DNA from: a virus
Lineage: Duplodnaviria; Caudoviricetes
Direction: 5' to 3' (one strand)
Virus record (IMG/VR): IMGVR_UViG_3300027820_000029
Location: 1 to 64,000 of that record
DNA: 64,000 nt
In this document: positions 34,795-45,000 of the stretch, piece by piece
How the letters are laid out: each line of letters begins with the position of its first letter
Position numbering within the stretch: position 1 is the stretch's first letter
The notes under the pieces: model-generated
The model's database searches: none
Told to the model about the DNA's origin: nothing
What the model saw: the letters and a program-made list of their open reading frames with translations, nothing else
Program-made: the position numbers and the translations under genes

Positions 34795-35157
34795 ATGTCA
34801 GCAGGAACATTAAATTTAAATATAGAAAGAGGCAGTATATTTGCCAAAACATTAGTTTGGAAGGATGCAGATAAAAATCCTATAAGCTTAGCAGGAAAAA
34901 GTGCACGTATGCAAATACGTCAACGAGTAGATGATATAGCTTATATAGCCGAATTAACTACTGGAAATAGCGGCATAGTTTTAGAAAGTGGTTCAGTTAC
35001 TGGACAAATACAATTATATATAGGTGCAGTTGAAACAGATACATTTGATACTGATTTTGCTGTTTATGACTTAGAAATATACGAAAACGGAAACGCAAAT
35101 AATGTTATACGTTTACTTCAGGGACAAGTTATTATTTCTGAAGGTGTAACTAGATAG
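34795..35157 (+). CDS. LtfC/p132-like fibre collar/adaptor beta-sandwich protein
   Basis: NL.IERG..F...W.D....I.L.G..ARMQIR...AVYDLEI...V.RLLQG.V.IS.GVTR. Confidence 0.7.
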   Translation: MSAGTLNLNIERGSIFAKTLVWKDADKNPISLAGKSARMQIRQRVDDIAYIAELTTGNSGIVLESGSVTGQIQLYIGAVETDTFDTDFAVYDLEIYENGNANNVIRLLQGQVIISEGVTR

Positions 35158-35204
35158 ATTTATTTCGCTTTCGCGAAATTAATTAATAGAGAGAGGAAAA
35201 AAGA

Positions 35205-35630
35205 ATGGCAAATGCAAGTAAGTTTAATCAATTTGTAGAAGATTTAGGGCTAGGAGTACATAATTTTAATGCTGATCAATTAAATGTAGCTTTATATCAA
35301 GATACAGCATCAATTACTGCAGCAAGTGGACCACTTTTGGGTAATTTAAGTAATGAAGTAACAGGTACAGGTTATACTACTAAAGGAAAAGATATTACAA
35401 ATACATGGTCAGAAACTACAGGTACAGCAACATGCGGTGCTTCAAGCCCTGCGGCATGGACAGCAGGAGCAAGTGATTGGGATAGTATTCAATATGCAGT
35501 AGTATTTAATGAAGATGCAACTGGGCCAGATGAATTAGTAATGTATTGGGATAATGGATCAACAATTGATTTAACAGCAGATGATACGTTTACCTTTACT
35601 ATTACAACTAGTATATTTACTTTAGCCTAA
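35205..35630 (+). CDS. conserved virion structural protein
   Basis: KFNQFVEDLGLGVHNF..D.L.VAL...GTGYT...WTA pattern; GAGAGG RBS. Confidence 0.65.
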   Translation: MANASKFNQFVEDLGLGVHNFNADQLNVALYQDTASITAASGPLLGNLSNEVTGTGYTTKGKDITNTWSETTGTATCGASSPAAWTAGASDWDSIQYAVVFNEDATGPDELVMYWDNGSTIDLTADDTFTFTITTSIFTLA

Positions 35631-35839
35631 TGCATGATTATCATAAGTTTATTAGAGAGCAAATAAAAAAGAAACCTGAATTCCAACGCGAATGCTGTAG
35701 GGATATAAATAACCTACAGTATTCCGTTAAGGATAATAATGTTTATGATAAAGTAGTATTAAGATGCAGACATTGTCATAAACTACACTATCATATGTTA
35801 GGAGAAAGCGCCCATATAGGTGCTAGGGTTAGGAGATAA
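35630..35839 (+). CDS. hypothetical protein (C-x2-C, His-rich)
   Basis: ORF track; TAATG coupling. Confidence 0.55.
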   Translation: MHDYHKFIREQIKKKPEFQRECCRDINNLQYSVKDNNVYDKVVLRCRHCHKLHYHMLGESAHIGARVRR

Positions 35840-36020
35840 CATGTTACATGATTTAATCGAAACCTCGGAACACACAGACACCTTCTTCCACCACGGTACA
35901 TCTGGTCACTGGAAAGACATTTTATCACCAGACCAAGCTAAGAGAATAGAGTCCGACCACAGGGAAGTGATGGAACAGTATGGCTATTTAGCCAGTAATG
36001 TGAGAGAAATTTATGCCTGA
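35820..36020 (+). pseudogene. C-terminal fragment of a PAPS-dependent sulfotransferase
   Basis: FFHHGTSGHWKDILSPDQAKRIE...VMEQYGY matches the FFRKG..GDWK..L...M..LGY terminus; N-terminal 5'PSB loop absent. Confidence 0.55.
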
Positions 36021-36369
36021 TTTAAGAGTGTATGGTTCAACTACTGGAGAGATGAATAATTTCTACTTTCCGTTTCTCGATCCTGATTCGTCGACCGGGG
36101 ATTATCAGACTTCAGACCCGTCACCGTCATCATCTACAGATCTAATTTTATATCTGGATGGTGTGGCGGCAACTGGAGGTGCTGCGGCATCGAATGCCAC
36201 ACTGTCATTTCTGACTGGTGGATATGGGAAACTGGCATTAGTCACTGCTCAGATGCAGGCCGAGATCATTGTGGCGATGATTGTTGATGCTACTGCTACC
36301 AAGGAATGGGTCGATACCTCCATCATCATCCACACAGGAGGTCATGCCAGTGCACTACATTCTGGTTAG
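36013..36369 (+). CDS. putative structural protein
   Basis: ORF track; GC-richer block. Confidence 0.6.
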   Translation: MPDLRVYGSTTGEMNNFYFPFLDPDSSTGDYQTSDPSPSSSTDLILYLDGVAATGGAAASNATLSFLTGGYGKLALVTAQMQAEIIVAMIVDATATKEWVDTSIIIHTGGHASALHSG

Positions 36370-38215
36370 TCTTTTATGTCTGCCATTTCTGGCTAATGCA
36401 GCTCCGACTTATTACTGTGTCTCCAGTAATGGGACTTCAGCTTGGGATGATGGTGGAGACAATTGCATTGGTTCAGTGGGTGACTGTACAGGTCTTACAG
36501 GAACGGCTGCCTGTGATTTAGATACAGCGAATGATGAGGCAGTTGTTGAAGATGTAATCTATTTACAAGCCGGAACATACGGTACTGGTGAACAGATACG
36601 TCCAGCTAGATCCGGGACTGATAACGATAATCGGATTACATATCAGGCTTATGGTGATGGTCAAGTTACGATGAATTGGACGGGAACAGGTGGTTATACG
36701 GATAGGGGTTCAATTGCACTAGGAGAGCGTGATTATATTACAGTAAATGGTGCAGGGCCTAGTGATGAGGATGGCACTAGAAGAATCGTGCACATACCTA
36801 CAGGTTTTGTTTCTACTTACGGGAATGCGTGTGGATCTGAAGGGACGATAGTTAAAAATGTTGTTTTAGGTTATCGCAATGGAGGGGATGGAAGCATAAC
36901 GGCAAGTCGCGGATGGTCTGCCTGTGCCAGCACTTGGGAAGGATCTTTTACGACTATATATAATGTATTTGAGAATAATGAAATATACGGTGAGCATGAC
37001 GCACAAAATGATAGTACTGAGGAAACACAAGATTTAATTCAAGTAGCAAAAGACTCAGATTATAACTTGTATCAAGATAATATAATAGATAGTGCATCAC
37101 ATGACGCATTGTATATTTCTAGTACACTAGCTACAAATAATGTAGTCCGAAATAATGTTATTAGCAACGATTATCATACCGCCTGCGCTCTTTGGCACGC
37201 TGGAGGAAATAATTTATGGGAAGGGAATGAATGTAGATCGTCTTTTGATTATGATCAATGGCCCGGAGCAACACCGGGGAATGCCCTTCAGTTATCAGCC
37301 CCTGATAACATAATTCGATACAATATAATACACAAAGGGGGAGCAGCAGACTATACGAGTTCGGCGCTTGGAGGGTTGAAAACAACATCGGGTACTAGTG
37401 GGGGTGATTCAGACGCGACTGATAATCACATTTACAATAATACGATGGTAAAAAATCGTAACCATTCGTATGGGCTACAGTATGTTGGGACGAATTTTCT
37501 AGATTTAGGAAATAATCGGATGGTTAACAATCTACTGTATGGAAACCCATATTCTGGCGTCTTAGTTCAATATGCTGGTGGATCACAAAATTTACCAGAC
37601 GGAATCCGAGACAAGTGGTTTACTAATATGATCGGGACTAGCAGTGGAACTGATTATATTAATGCTGCGGATTTAGGTGGTAGAAATGCTTCAGAAGCAG
37701 AGTCTCTGTCTGGTCCTACGTATCCAGAATTTACAGACATCATAACAGTTGATCCATTATTCACTAATTATAATAATAGTGATTACACGTTAACAGAGTC
37801 TAGTACGTTAATAGATCGGGGGACAAATCTAACCATCATCACAGGATCAGATTCTGGGAGTGGAACATCACTATACGTAGCGGATTCAAAGTATTTTTAT
37901 GATGTGTCAGGGTTTCCGACATGGATGGGTATGCAAGGGGACTGGATAGCAGTAGGGTCGAATTTATCTGGTAGTGCAAAGGTCCAGATAGCATCAGTTG
38001 ATTATGTAAACAATATAATTACTTTAGAAAATAGCATCAGTCGTAATGTAGATGATTTGGTTTGGCTGTGGAAGGACAGTCGCGGGAATTTAGTTATTTC
38101 GGGTGATGCGCCGGATATTGGTGCGTTGGAATATAAAGCAGAAGATGGTGGCGTTATCACCAGTCCAGGCGTGCGTCCAGGCGTGCGTCCAGGTGTCAGG
38201 CCAGGCGTAAGATAA
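36281..38215 (+). CDS. parallel beta-helix protein with signal-peptide-like segment, anchor-Q-like end and (GVRP)4 tail
   Basis: in-frame ATG 36344 MPVHYILVSLLCLPFLANA-AP; beta-helix repeats; DPLF...S.LID.G...DAPDIGALEY. Confidence 0.75.
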   Translation: MLMLLLPRNGSIPPSSSTQEVMPVHYILVSLLCLPFLANAAPTYYCVSSNGTSAWDDGGDNCIGSVGDCTGLTGTAACDLDTANDEAVVEDVIYLQAGTYGTGEQIRPARSGTDNDNRITYQAYGDGQVTMNWTGTGGYTDRGSIALGERDYITVNGAGPSDEDGTRRIVHIPTGFVSTYGNACGSEGTIVKNVVLGYRNGGDGSITASRGWSACASTWEGSFTTIYNVFENNEIYGEHDAQNDSTEETQDLIQVAKDSDYNLYQDNIIDSASHDALYISSTLATNNVVRNNVISNDYHTACALWHAGGNNLWEGNECRSSFDYDQWPGATPGNALQLSAPDNIIRYNIIHKGGAADYTSSALGGLKTTSGTSGGDSDATDNHIYNNTMVKNRNHSYGLQYVGTNFLDLGNNRMVNNLLYGNPYSGVLVQYAGGSQNLPDGIRDKWFTNMIGTSSGTDYINAADLGGRNASEAESLSGPTYPEFTDIITVDPLFTNYNNSDYTLTESSTLIDRGTNLTIITGSDSGSGTSLYVADSKYFYDVSGFPTWMGMQGDWIAVGSNLSGSAKVQIASVDYVNNIITLENSISRNVDDLVWLWKDSRGNLVISGDAPDIGALEYKAEDGGVITSPGVRPGVRPGVRPGVR

Positions 38216-38227
38216 AGGGATAGACTA

Positions 38228-41149
38228 ATGGCTGCTCCAGTAATTGAAATCGGTGATCTAACAAATAGTTCCAATAATTCAGTCGACACAACTCCAGATG
38301 TTAGTTATCCAGCCTATGCGGATGGTGATTTACTTATCACCGTTCTTGCAATGGATGACGATACAGTTAATTTCCCTATTACCCCGCCGTCAACTGGCCC
38401 TTTCAGTGAGACTCTAGAATTTACAGCAGTTGCTGGCGATACCGGGTCTCAGGCTGGTCCTGGTATAGGACTTATCGCATGGGTAGGAACAGATAGTAGA
38501 AGCAGTGGGGCACACGCTTGGGCTATTGGTAGCACGGGGCAACGTTGGAATGCGTATACAATTCTCGTTCCAGCGGGCGAGTTTGATGCAGGCACTCCTA
38601 TAGATTCGGTTTCTGATATAGGCGGCAATGCTACCTCAAGTAATAATGTTACGACCCCTTCGTGGGATACTGACACGGCGGGTGGACGTGTTCTTGTAGG
38701 CTGTGCGGTCGATACTAGGGCCTGGGGCGCAGCAGCTTCTGGATGGACAACAGTTGATTCTGATGAAGCTACAACAGTCACCATTGCAATAACAACAAGA
38801 AATGCTGAAACAACGTCTACTGAGACAATATCTAGCGTTACTCATACGATTGACGGATCAGATATTGATACTAGTTCTACAGTTGGATTGGTTATTAATG
38901 GGCCTGTTGCTGGTGAAGCTTATTCAATAGATGCAGCTTCTGGAACGTATACACTTACTGGTACTGCTGTAGATCTTAGTGGCACTCTTTTATTAGATGC
39001 AGCTTCTGGAACGTATACACTTACTGGTACTGCTGTAACTCTAGATCCTGTATATAATCATACATTAGATGCAGCTTCTGGAACGTATACACTTACTGGA
39101 TCTACTGTAGGTCTTAATACTGGATATGTATTAGATGCAGCTTCTGGAACGTATACGCTTACTGGTACTGCTGTAGATCTTAGCGGCACTCTTTTATTAG
39201 ATGCAGCTTCTGGAACGTATACACTTACCGGTACTGCTGTAGATCTTAATACTGCTAGTGCTTATACATTAGATGCAGCTTCTGGAACGTATACACTTAC
39301 TGGATCTACTGTAGGTCTTAATACTGGATATGTATTAGATGCAGCTTCTGGAACGTATACGCTTACTGGTACTGCTGTAGATCTTAGCGGCACTCTTTTA
39401 TTAGATGCAGCTTCTGGAACGTATACACTTACCGGTACTGCTGTAGATCTTAATACTGCTAGTGCTTATACATTAGATGCAGCTTCTGGAACGTATACAC
39501 TTACTGGATCTACTGTAGGTATTAATACTGGATATGTATTAGATGCAGCTTCTGGAACGTATACGCTTACTGGTACTGCTGTAGATCTTAGCGGCACTCT
39601 TTTATTAGATGCAGCTTCTGGATCATATACACTTACTGGTACTGCTGTAGACCTTAGTGCTTCATTATCGGAAGCTGCAGATTCTTGGTTTAATGGTACA
39701 TGGTGGAAATCTCCATTTTGGGGAACAACATGGTGGGGTACAGCAGTAGGTGTTTATTCAATAGATGCAGCTTCTGGATCATATACACTTACTGGTACTA
39801 TTGTAGATCTTAATACTGGATATGTATTAGATGCAGCTTCTGGAACGTATACACTTACTGGTACTGCTGTAACTCTAGATCCTGTATATAATCATACATT
39901 AGATGCAGCTTCTGGATCATATACACTTACTGGTACTGCTGTAACTTTAGATCCTGTATATAATCATACATTAGATGCAGCTTCTGGAACGTATACACTT
40001 ACTGGATCTACTGTAACTTTAGATCCTGTATATAATCATACATTAGATGCAGCTTCTGGAACATATACACTTACGGGTACTGCTGTAACTTTAGATCCTG
40101 TATATAATCATACATTAGATGCAGCTTCTGGAACATATACACTTACGGGTACTGCTGTAACTTTTGATACTGAAGGCGCTTATACATTAGATGCAGCTTC
40201 TGGAGCTTATACACTTACTGGTACTGCTGTAACTTTAGCTCCTGTATATAATCATACATTAGATGCAGCTTCTGGAACGTATACACTTACTGGATCTACT
40301 GTAGGTCTTAATACTGGATATGTATTAGATGCAGCTTCTGGAACATATACACTTACTGGATCTACTGTAGGTCTTAATACTGGATATGTATTAGATGCAG
40401 CTTCTGGAACATATACACTTACTGGATCTATTGTAGGTCTTAATACTGGATATGTATTAAATACAGCTTCTGGAACGTATACATTAACTGGTACTGCTGT
40501 AACTTTTAATACTGAAGGTGCTTATTCAATAGATGCAGCTTCTGGATCATATACACTTACTGGTACTGCTGTAACTTTAGATCCTGTATATAATCATACA
40601 TTAGATGCAGCTTCTGGATCATATACACTTACTGGTACTGCAGTAGATCTTAGTGCTGGATACGTATTAGATACAGCATCTGGAACTTATATACTTACTG
40701 GTTCTACTGTAGATCTTGATCCTGTATATAATCATACATTAGATGTAGATTTCGGAATATATACACTTACTGGTTCTATTGTAGCTCTTGAACCTGTATA
40801 TAATCATACATTAGATGCAGACTCTGGATCCTATATACTTACTGGTACTGATGTAGGATTAGGTCTATCTAATACTTATTCATTAGACGCAGATTCTGGA
40901 GCGTATACACTTACAGGTTCGACGACAGTATTTGATATTATTTATAATCATACATTAGATGCAGTAGCAGGAACTTATACATTTACAGGAAGTTTTGTAT
41001 TATTTGACACGGAATACACCAATAGTTTATCTTATTGGGCAGGAGTTAAAACTTTTATAACAATAATAGAAGAAGAAAAGGCTGTATCTTTAGTAAGTAA
41101 TAATATTTCAATATATAATACTTCTAAAACTAAGGATATGCCTATATAA
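38228..41149 (+). CDS. large fibre-like protein with about 29 LDAASGTYTLTG repeats
   Basis: repeat array with 204-bp higher-order periodicity and a central Trp-rich motif. Confidence 0.85.
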   Translation: MAAPVIEIGDLTNSSNNSVDTTPDVSYPAYADGDLLITVLAMDDDTVNFPITPPSTGPFSETLEFTAVAGDTGSQAGPGIGLIAWVGTDSRSSGAHAWAIGSTGQRWNAYTILVPAGEFDAGTPIDSVSDIGGNATSSNNVTTPSWDTDTAGGRVLVGCAVDTRAWGAAASGWTTVDSDEATTVTIAITTRNAETTSTETISSVTHTIDGSDIDTSSTVGLVINGPVAGEAYSIDAASGTYTLTGTAVDLSGTLLLDAASGTYTLTGTAVTLDPVYNHTLDAASGTYTLTGSTVGLNTGYVLDAASGTYTLTGTAVDLSGTLLLDAASGTYTLTGTAVDLNTASAYTLDAASGTYTLTGSTVGLNTGYVLDAASGTYTLTGTAVDLSGTLLLDAASGTYTLTGTAVDLNTASAYTLDAASGTYTLTGSTVGINTGYVLDAASGTYTLTGTAVDLSGTLLLDAASGSYTLTGTAVDLSASLSEAADSWFNGTWWKSPFWGTTWWGTAVGVYSIDAASGSYTLTGTIVDLNTGYVLDAASGTYTLTGTAVTLDPVYNHTLDAASGSYTLTGTAVTLDPVYNHTLDAASGTYTLTGSTVTLDPVYNHTLDAASGTYTLTGTAVTLDPVYNHTLDAASGTYTLTGTAVTFDTEGAYTLDAASGAYTLTGTAVTLAPVYNHTLDAASGTYTLTGSTVGLNTGYVLDAASGTYTLTGSTVGLNTGYVLDAASGTYTLTGSIVGLNTGYVLNTASGTYTLTGTAVTFNTEGAYSIDAASGSYTLTGTAVTLDPVYNHTLDAASGSYTLTGTAVDLSAGYVLDTASGTYILTGSTVDLDPVYNHTLDVDFGIYTLTGSIVALEPVYNHTLDADSGSYILTGTDVGLGLSNTYSLDADSGAYTLTGSTTVFDIIYNHTLDAVAGTYTFTGSFVLFDTEYTNSLSYWAGVKTFITIIEEEKAVSLVSNNISIYNTSKTKDMPI

Positions 41150-41160
41150 GAGGAAAATAT

Positions 41161-41565
41161 ATGAATGATTCCGAAGAATCTACTGACAAAAGTGTAAAAA
41201 AATGGTATATTTATATTTTATTAGCTTCTTTACTTTCTGGTGGTGGATCTTTAGGCATTAATTCATTAACTTCATCCGTACGAAATGATTCATTTACAGG
41301 TGCACAAGGTAAAGAACTTAAAGAACTTATGTATAATTTATATGGTGAACAAACTAAAAGAATAGACGAAAAATATAAAGAAATTAGTAAAATAGATGAT
41401 AAATTAGTTATTGCACTATCAAAAACATATACGAAAGATCAAATACGTGAACGTATAACAGATATAAAACATCGTATAGAAAAAGTAGATATAGGAGCTA
41501 AAACTAGATGTGCTCGTATGGAAAAGACAGGTATAAAAGTAAATGAAGATATACGACATATATAG
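41161..41565 (+). CDS. membrane-anchored coiled-coil protein
   Basis: N-terminal TM segment; GAGG RBS. Confidence 0.6.
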   Translation: MNDSEESTDKSVKKWYIYILLASLLSGGGSLGINSLTSSVRNDSFTGAQGKELKELMYNLYGEQTKRIDEKYKEISKIDDKLVIALSKTYTKDQIRERITDIKHRIEKVDIGAKTRCARMEKTGIKVNEDIRHI

Positions 41566-41676
41566 TCTTATAGCAAAATTACCTCCACCACCATTACTTA
41601 CAGAAGTAGCTACAACAATAATTTCTATGCAAAAAGAACATGATTGGATGGTTAATAAATTAAGGAGAATACCTTA

Positions 41677-42009
41677 ATGATAACAGATCCGACATGGTGG
41701 CTAACCTTTGATTATAAACTATCTTTAGTTGTTATAGTAGTTTCAGCTTTGATAAGTGTAGTTGTAGGAATATGGCGTTTATCAAAACGATATTCAGAAA
41801 TACTTCACGGATTGGATGAAAAGGTTTCACATAGCGAACTAAAGGCATTTAAAACTGAAATCCTTGACCATGTGGAAAAGTCTTCAGATCGGATCAAGGT
41901 TGATATGGCTCAAGACAAGAAGGAAAATCGAGGTGATCACAAAGACATTTTAATATCTCTTGGTGAGTTAAATCGTTTATTTGTTACTCATATAGATAGA
42001 AAAAAATAA
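41677..42009 (+). CDS. single-TM coiled-coil protein (holin/XhlA-like candidate)
   Basis: TM segment then coiled coil; AAGGAG RBS. Confidence 0.5.
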   Translation: MITDPTWWLTFDYKLSLVVIVVSALISVVVGIWRLSKRYSEILHGLDEKVSHSELKAFKTEILDHVEKSSDRIKVDMAQDKKENRGDHKDILISLGELNRLFVTHIDRKK

Positions 42010-42026
42010 AAGAGGATTACTTTAAA

Positions 42027-45000
42027 ATGGCAAAACAAACAGTAGATTTAGGAGATGGACCTGATATAGGTATATCAGATAATTTGTATGAAGGGTTTAC
42101 TAAGGTAAATGAAAATACAGATGAGTTATATAGTAGAGTAGAAAATTTAGAATTAAAAGAAAGTAGTGTAGTATTTGAACTTACAATTGATTCAAATACT
42201 TTATTTGCTAATTTAACACCTATCAATACTACTTATGATAGTTATATAATTACTAATACTGAAGATTTAGATCCATTAAATACAGATCCTTTATGGGTAC
42301 AAGGAGTACTCCCTACTCAAATAGAATTACCTGATTGGAATTCTTATACTTATTATTTATGGTTATTAGATAATACTACAGTTACTGAGGTACTTACATC
42401 TGATGGTTCTAGCGGGGTAACAGTAACACCAACAAGAACTACTGAAACGCCAGATGATGTTACGTTTATCGATGTTGAGAACGCCCAACTAACCTTTGTA
42501 GTTACTTCCAATGCAGTAACAATCTCAGGATTACTCGCTCAAACAAGTATTTCTATTACTAATGGCGAATACTCTATTAATTCGGGTACTTTCACAAATG
42601 CAGATGGTGTTATTTCAAACACTGATACTGTTACATTACGTCAATTATCATCAGGAAGTGTGGTGACAACAACAACAGTGACAGTGATACTGGGAGATCG
42701 TACTGAAACTTGGAATGTAACAACAATCTCAGATATATTTTTACAATCATTCACCGCCACTGTTGATATCGATACAACGACTGCTGATTTAACCTGGGGA
42801 TATCAAGGAGCAACACCTCCGGTAGAATGGATCATTAAAGAAGACGATACAAGTTTCCCTGCTGTAGATGATGGTGACTGGGACGACACGGGCGAACCAG
42901 AAACATTTGCCTTGTCTGATAACAATTCTCATACGCTGACAGCGAGGGTAAAGGATGCTGATGATAATATCAGCAATGCTATTACTGTAACTGTTACTCC
43001 AACGACAAGTGCATCACCTACGATCACATCATTTACAACGCTGAATCCAACTGCCGGTTCCCAGGCTTATCTATTTTCATTAGCAGCAACAGGTACCATC
43101 ACTCATTACATGATTACTGACAATGACCTGGATCAACCTGCAGAGGGTGACGGTGGATGGGTAGCATGGGCAGGTGATTATACGGATGAAGCAGCTACAT
43201 TAGATGCACTTGTCGATACGACGGTTCGAGCATACGTCAAAAATGATGGAACAAGTCCAGATGATATATCAGCAGCCGCTGCATCCTTTGTCGATACATC
43301 TGTATCGGGCATAGATACAGCGCCGAATGGTGATTATCTTTGGGTTAATGATCCATCAATTTCAGCAACAAACCTTGGGCGTACCTATTCTGGTTCTGGG
43401 TCTCTTACCTTGGATGGCACATCTGGGGGATTAGATGCTTTAGTAGATACTACTGGGGATGATGATAATCATTCTGTAACAATTGCCGGAACTTATACAG
43501 CAGTAACAATTCAGAATTTTGATTTTCAGGGTTCAAATTATGGTCATATCTATATAAATAGAGGAGGCAGTCCCGGGTCGCCAATTGATGTAACAATACG
43601 GAATTGCAAGTTTGGCCCAAGCAATGTAAATGCTTCAGCACCAAATCTGTTTAAGTCTGCTATATCTTTATATCAAGTTAATAATTCAGATGTTGATATT
43701 TTAGGCAACTGGTTTGATGATCCAGATTCAGTTATGACTTTCGAGAACTGTGATTCAATAGCATTAAGGGTGCGACATAATTTTGTTAGCGATACACATG
43801 CGCGGAATACTACTGTTAATTGGTTACAACGGGGAATTAACTTCATTATTAGTCGGGCTGGCTCATGTACTGGGGACATTTCAGAGAATATTATGTATAA
43901 CCCAACGGGCACTGCACAGATGCAGGACTACTTCAATATAGCAGATCCTCGGGGCAGCATAGGAACGCCATTTGATATTACAAGAAATCGCATTTGGTAT
44001 CCTTCATCTACATCTAGTACAGAAGCAGTCTTCCAGATATCGGATGGTACCGCTAGTACCTATATAGATATGAACGAGAACACAATGATAGACGCAAATA
44101 CATTTTTACAGTTTTCGTCTGGGCGCGGGCATCTATTCCGAAATAATAAGGGTTATACATCTGAGGCATTCCCAGCTGTAGGATCTGGTTATATCGTGCA
44201 GGTATATAGATATTCTATTGACCCTGGCGGACTATATGAATGTGAGTTCAGTAATAATACATTTTTGCATAATTATGATGATGGGAGTGGTAATTTAACT
44301 CCTCTCCGCGATGGTACAGGGTATTTTTACCCATCATACGGGCGAAATGAAGATGGATCACAAGGCCCATGGAATCACGGATTGAGCAGCGAGTCTCCAA
44401 TTACTGGATTTACTACCACTAATGACTGGAACCATTCAGATTGGGCAAATGGAGTTGGTAAGTCAGAATTATGGCGGGCATCCTGGACGCAGTTTAGTTA
44501 TGCAGGAGCAGATGGACTTACCCCCACAATTAATTACGATTCCCCATGGTCAGGTGATGGTGGTGATCAAGATTTTACAGCGAGAAGTGTTACCTCGGCA
44601 GCTTATGGTGATGGCGCAGCAATTAATTCTATTCAGCAGCACGATCTGATAGCCCTAGTATCAGGAGGCGTGGCGCCTTACGAGATCACTTTTGTAAATA
44701 ATAAATCTGGCGGGATTACAGTTACAATCAATCCTGATGGTCAAGCCGTCATATGGACAGAAGATGATACGGCAGGAGTATTTACTTACAATTACACTGT
44801 GACAGACTCAGAAGGATCTACAGCCACAGGTACTATTAGCGGAACGACTGTTGATTCATCTCCTGCTACATCCCTGCACTATGACCAGAATGATGAAGAT
44901 TATATCTGTATCGATGTAGTAGATCCTCATGAGTATTATGCAAGAACTTGGGGAGATCCCCCGCTATTAGCTGAATGGGAAGCAAGACCAGGGAGTGGAT

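Noticed and set aside
41542-41676. Possible frameshifted extension of 41161 (…KLPPPPLLTEV…) across an ATAT run
   Set aside because: Cannot be distinguished from a small independent ORF or chance without homologues.
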